Origin: Acidimicrobiales bacterium
GTDB taxonomy: Bacteria > Actinomycetota > Acidimicrobiia > Acidimicrobiales > CADCSY01
NCBI GenBank assembly: GCA_036275955.1
Contig: DASUCO010000070.1
Coordinates: forward strand, 1-43,004
Direction of reading: 5' to 3'
DNA length: 43,004 bases
The notes under the pieces were generated by a model. The model did no database searches and was not told where the DNA came from. It worked only from the letters and a program-made list of their open reading frames with translations. The position numbers were made by a program, and so were the translations under genes. Shown here in pieces: positions 12,601 through 14,667 of the stretch. Each line of letters starts with the position of its first letter. Position 1 is the first letter of the stretch.

Positions 12601-13852
12601 CGATCTCGATCACCACCGTCTGCTCGGGCGCGACGGTGAGCGAGGTCAGGTTCTCGATGTGCGGGCTGCGGCCGCCCGGGTTGAGGGCCAGCGCGTTGGT
12701 GATGTCGACCGGGCCGGCATAGGCGAGCGCCTCGATCTGCGTCTCGACCGCGTCGGGCAGCGCCTCGAAGAGGTCGAAGCCGGCGAAGCCGTTCGCCTGC
12801 AGCCGCGCTTCGAGCGTATCGGCGGAGATGATGAAGTCGTCCCACGAGCCGCCGCCGGTCGGCGTGTTCGGGAAGTCGACGACGATGAGGCTCGACTGCA
12901 GCCCGGCCGCGTCGAGCGCCGCCACGTCGGTCGGGCCGTCGCCAGGCTCCGGCAGGATGAGGATCGCCTTCCAGGTGTGCGCCGGCGCGGTGACGATGAT
13001 GCCGTCGCCGCGGTCGAAGGTGACCGCGGTGCCGCTGTCGTCGAGGAGCGTGCCGTAGCCGCCGGCGTAGATGTAGAGCTCGTTATTACGCTCCAGGACC
13101 AGTTCGCGCGAGAAGTCCTCCAGCACCTTCCACGCCCCGCGGTTCAGGTTCGAGTGCTGCGGGACGATGTTGGTCATGTACGAGACCGCGATCGAATCGT
13201 CCTCGGTGGCGCGCCGGTCGTCGGCCGGCGCCAGGTGGCCGCGGTCGTAGGTGCTGCCGTACGAATCGCCCGGGTTGGCGTCCAGCCCGGCGCCCGTGAG
13301 GATCGGGTCGGCGCGGAAGCTCTTGCGGGCGAAGTTGCCGCCGAGCCAGCTGCTGTTCAGCTGCCAGGCGGCCCAGTTCGGGTTCTTGGTCGAGTCGTTG
13401 TACGAGATGTCGTACTGGTCGCGCTCGATGAGGAAGTTGTTCGGGCTGAGGCCCGCGTCGGTCGGATTGCCGAACAGCAGGTGATCGGCGCCGGCGACGG
13501 CGGCGAGCGCGGTGAAGCCGAAGTCGAGGATTTCTTCGTCACCGGCGGGATCGCCGGCGAGCGGCGCGTAGGCGTCGAGCTCGACGAACCCCGTGTCCGA
13601 CGGCGTGGCGGCCGAGCTTTCTGCGTGGCTGCGCAGGACATCGGCGATGACTGCGGTACTGGCGCTCGGCTCGTCGACGAGCGCGGCGACCGGTGTCTCG
13701 GTGAGGTCGTCGGAGGCGGGCGCCAGGTCGGCCGACAGCAGCAGCCGCGGCTCGAGGCTTTCGAAGCGCATCTTGCGCTTGAAAACGTGGCGCGCGGCGC
13801 GCCCCGGGCGGGCGAAGAGCCGCCGGAAATAGCTTTCGGTTGGGGCGTTCAC
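1..13852 (-). CDS. Giant secreted repeat protein, 3'-partial (at least 4,590 codons in window). Contains a LEPR-XLL N-terminal motif, an Endonuclease_NS domain, beta-rich repeats, an internal RTX block and a C-terminal helical-hairpin repeat array. Not listed in the supplied ORF track.
   Basis: The minus frame (codon top positions = 1 mod 3) is open from TAG 14155..14153 down to the left edge. The track reports only start-to-stop ORFs, so this one is invisible. Hand translation gives GTG13852[29 protein letters not shown]13771[21 protein letters not shown]... By hand count, GC3 rises from about 68% upstream of 13852 to about 86% or more downstream. Recognisable protein motifs occur along the whole length. 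The start is ambiguous (GTG 13852 or ATG 13771). The plus-strand TAG at 5600..5602 reads CTA (Leu) on this strand. Confidence 0.85.
   Translation of the reverse strand, partial: [4617 protein letters not shown]
4880..5245 (-). repeat. RTX / hemolysin-type Ca2+-binding nonapeptide repeats (GGxGxDxUx), internal position
   Basis: Direct translation gives [11 protein letters not shown]...[14 protein letters not shown]...[12 protein letters not shown]...[67 protein letters not shown]. Confidence 0.85.
9000..11900 (-). repeat. Degenerate beta-rich repeat region of the left megaprotein (family unknown)
   Basis: Motifs recur in hand translation: G(Q)xLxGxFxLxxxxxG ([71 protein letters not shown]), DGIAG(S/K/F) and AGPY(V/L)R(V/L). 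Spot checks at 9541..9660 confirmed the translation. Confidence 0.4.
12722..13480 (-). other. DNA/RNA non-specific endonuclease domain (Endonuclease_NS, Serratia nuclease/NucA/EndoG family)
   Basis: Translated motifs appear in the family order: [26 protein letters not shown], then YDRGHLAP (His codon 13237..13235), then [23 protein letters not shown] (Asn codon 13171..13169), then HTWKAILIL, then VVDFPNTP...[28 protein letters not shown]. These parallel the Serratia nuclease blocks DRGHQAP / SNITPQ..LNQGAWARLE / YWKVIF / FDQNTP...VTVDEIEKRTG. Confidence 0.8.
13727..13756 (-). other. LEPR-XLL N-terminal signature ([10 protein letters not shown])
   Basis: Hand translation gives [19 protein letters not shown], preceded by a basic stretch. 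This matches the named LEPR-x-LL motif found at the N-termini of large repetitive proteobacterial exoproteins. Confidence 0.8.
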
Positions 13853-14186
13853 GGCCTCGGCGCCGCGCGCGCGAGCGCACGCGATCCGACGTGGACCGCC
13901 GACGTGTTCTGCAAGCAGCTGCGCAGGTGCACCTGCGTCATCCTCCCAATTTCGATCGAGGATGAAGAAGCGCTGCCGAAGGATGCCTAGGCCGAGGGCA
14001 AGCAGGCGCACGCGCGCCGCGCGTGGCCCGGTTTCCTCGGAGTTTGCGGTCCTCCCCGCTCCCCACCAAGATTCCGCGGAAAGGATAGTCCTCTGACATT
14101 TCTTTTGAAAGTCACGCGTTCGCCTAGCCGACCGGCGGCAACGCGATACGGGCTATCCAATCCACTCACCATCTAATCAAGCACTT

Positions 14187-14203
14187 GCCGCCGGGACGGC
14201 GGC
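14187..14203 (-). terminator. Candidate stem-loop terminator downstream of the DUF3467 gene
   Basis: GCCGCCG-GGA-CGGCGGC (7-bp GC stem, 3-nt loop) lies 42 nt after the TAG stop. On the transcribed strand it is followed by AAGUGCUUGAUUAG, which is only weakly U-rich. Confidence 0.3.
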
Positions 14204-14244
14204 GGGGCGATGCTTGACTTTTTCGAATCGCCGGAGTCCCGGCG

Positions 14245-14571
14245 CTACTTCTTCCCCGCGCCGCCGCTGGTCTGCAGCTCGACGTTGAGCGCGCCGAAGC
14301 GGTTCTCGTACTCCTTCACCACGCCGTTCAGCAGCAGGCTCAGCCGCTTCGCCGCGAACGGGCTGATGATGATGCGGTCGGTGAGCTGGATCGTCACTTC
14401 CTTCTGGCCGCGGTTCCACGCCTGGTTGACGCCGAACAGCAGGACCACCTCCTCACGCGTGCTGCTGACGTTGCACACGTTCGCGTAGGCGCTCTTCATG
14501 TTGGAGTCGTCCCACTTGATCTTGGTCCCCTCGATGGAGGTTTCTGCCGGCGCTTCAGCCTTGGTAGCCAT
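14245..14571 (-). CDS. DUF3467 family small protein (108 aa)
   Basis: This uses the internal ATG (14571) of track ORF 14245..14634. It is preceded by AACGGGAGAGAGC-ATG, a GGGAGAG Shine-Dalgarno sequence. The product is MATKAEAPAETSIEGTKIKWDDSNMKSAYANVCNVSSTREEVVLLFGVNQ...RIIISPFAAKRLSLLLNGVVKEYENRFGAL. It matches the DUF3467 pattern Y(A/S)N....S..EF.LDF......R(I/V).(M/L)SP..AKRL...L...(I/V)..YE..FG.(I/L). Confidence 0.8.
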   Translation of the reverse strand: MATKAEAPAETSIEGTKIKWDDSNMKSAYANVCNVSSTREEVVLLFGVNQAWNRGQKEVTIQLTDRIIISPFAAKRLSLLLNGVVKEYENRFGALNVELQTSGGAGKK

Positions 14572-14602
14572 GCTCTCTCCCGTTGATTGTCTGGTACTCG
14601 AG

Positions 14603-14627
14603 GCGCCGCGCTCCCTACGCGCGGCGC
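14603..14627 (-). terminator. Perfect 9-bp GC stem-loop between the giant gene stop and the DUF3467 start (terminator, attenuator or processing hairpin)
   Basis: GCGCCGCGC-TCCCTAC-GCGCGGCGC (plus-strand reading) lies 41 nt downstream of TGA 14670..14668 and 31 nt upstream of ATG 14571. There is no U-tract. Confidence 0.3.
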
Positions 14628-14667
14628 GCGGCACGCACTTTAACCCAAGGCGCCCGCCACAAGGTCG

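Noticed and set aside
7092-12845. Minus-strand ORF of 1,917 aa
   Set aside because: It is out of frame relative to the real minus gene. The product is extremely Arg/Gly/Pro/Ala-rich (RRRGR-type runs), which is the typical off-frame product of a high-GC gene. It has no motifs.
5729-13990. Plus-strand ORF of 2,753 aa
   Set aside because: This is the same antisense-shadow situation. The complementary frame encodes the LEPR-XLL motif, the DRGH/NIVPQ nuclease domain and the repeats. The composition is identical in character to the shadow of the known giant gene.
13853-14011. Upstream GTG (14011) start for the left megaprotein, which would add a hydrophobic signal-like 'RLLALGLGIL' N-terminus
   Set aside because: GC3 in this stretch is only about 68% by hand count, against about 86% or more downstream. 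It contains rare codons (CTA, CGA, AAT, GGT, CCA) and has no SD at proper spacing. It is more likely 5' UTR. I could not exclude it without homologues.
13987-14419. Small minus ORFs 13987..14172 (61 aa) and 14177..14419 (80 aa), and plus ORFs 14210..14488 and 14498..14740
   Set aside because: They lie in intergenic DNA or overlap the DUF3467 gene out of frame. They have biased composition, no ribosome-binding sites and no motifs.
14572-14634. 21-codon N-terminal extension of the DUF3467 ORF (MPRAARRERGASSTRQSTGES)
   Set aside because: The extension is Arg-rich and overlaps the GC hairpin. The internal ATG at 14571 has a GGGAGAG Shine-Dalgarno at proper spacing and gives a typical DUF3467 length.
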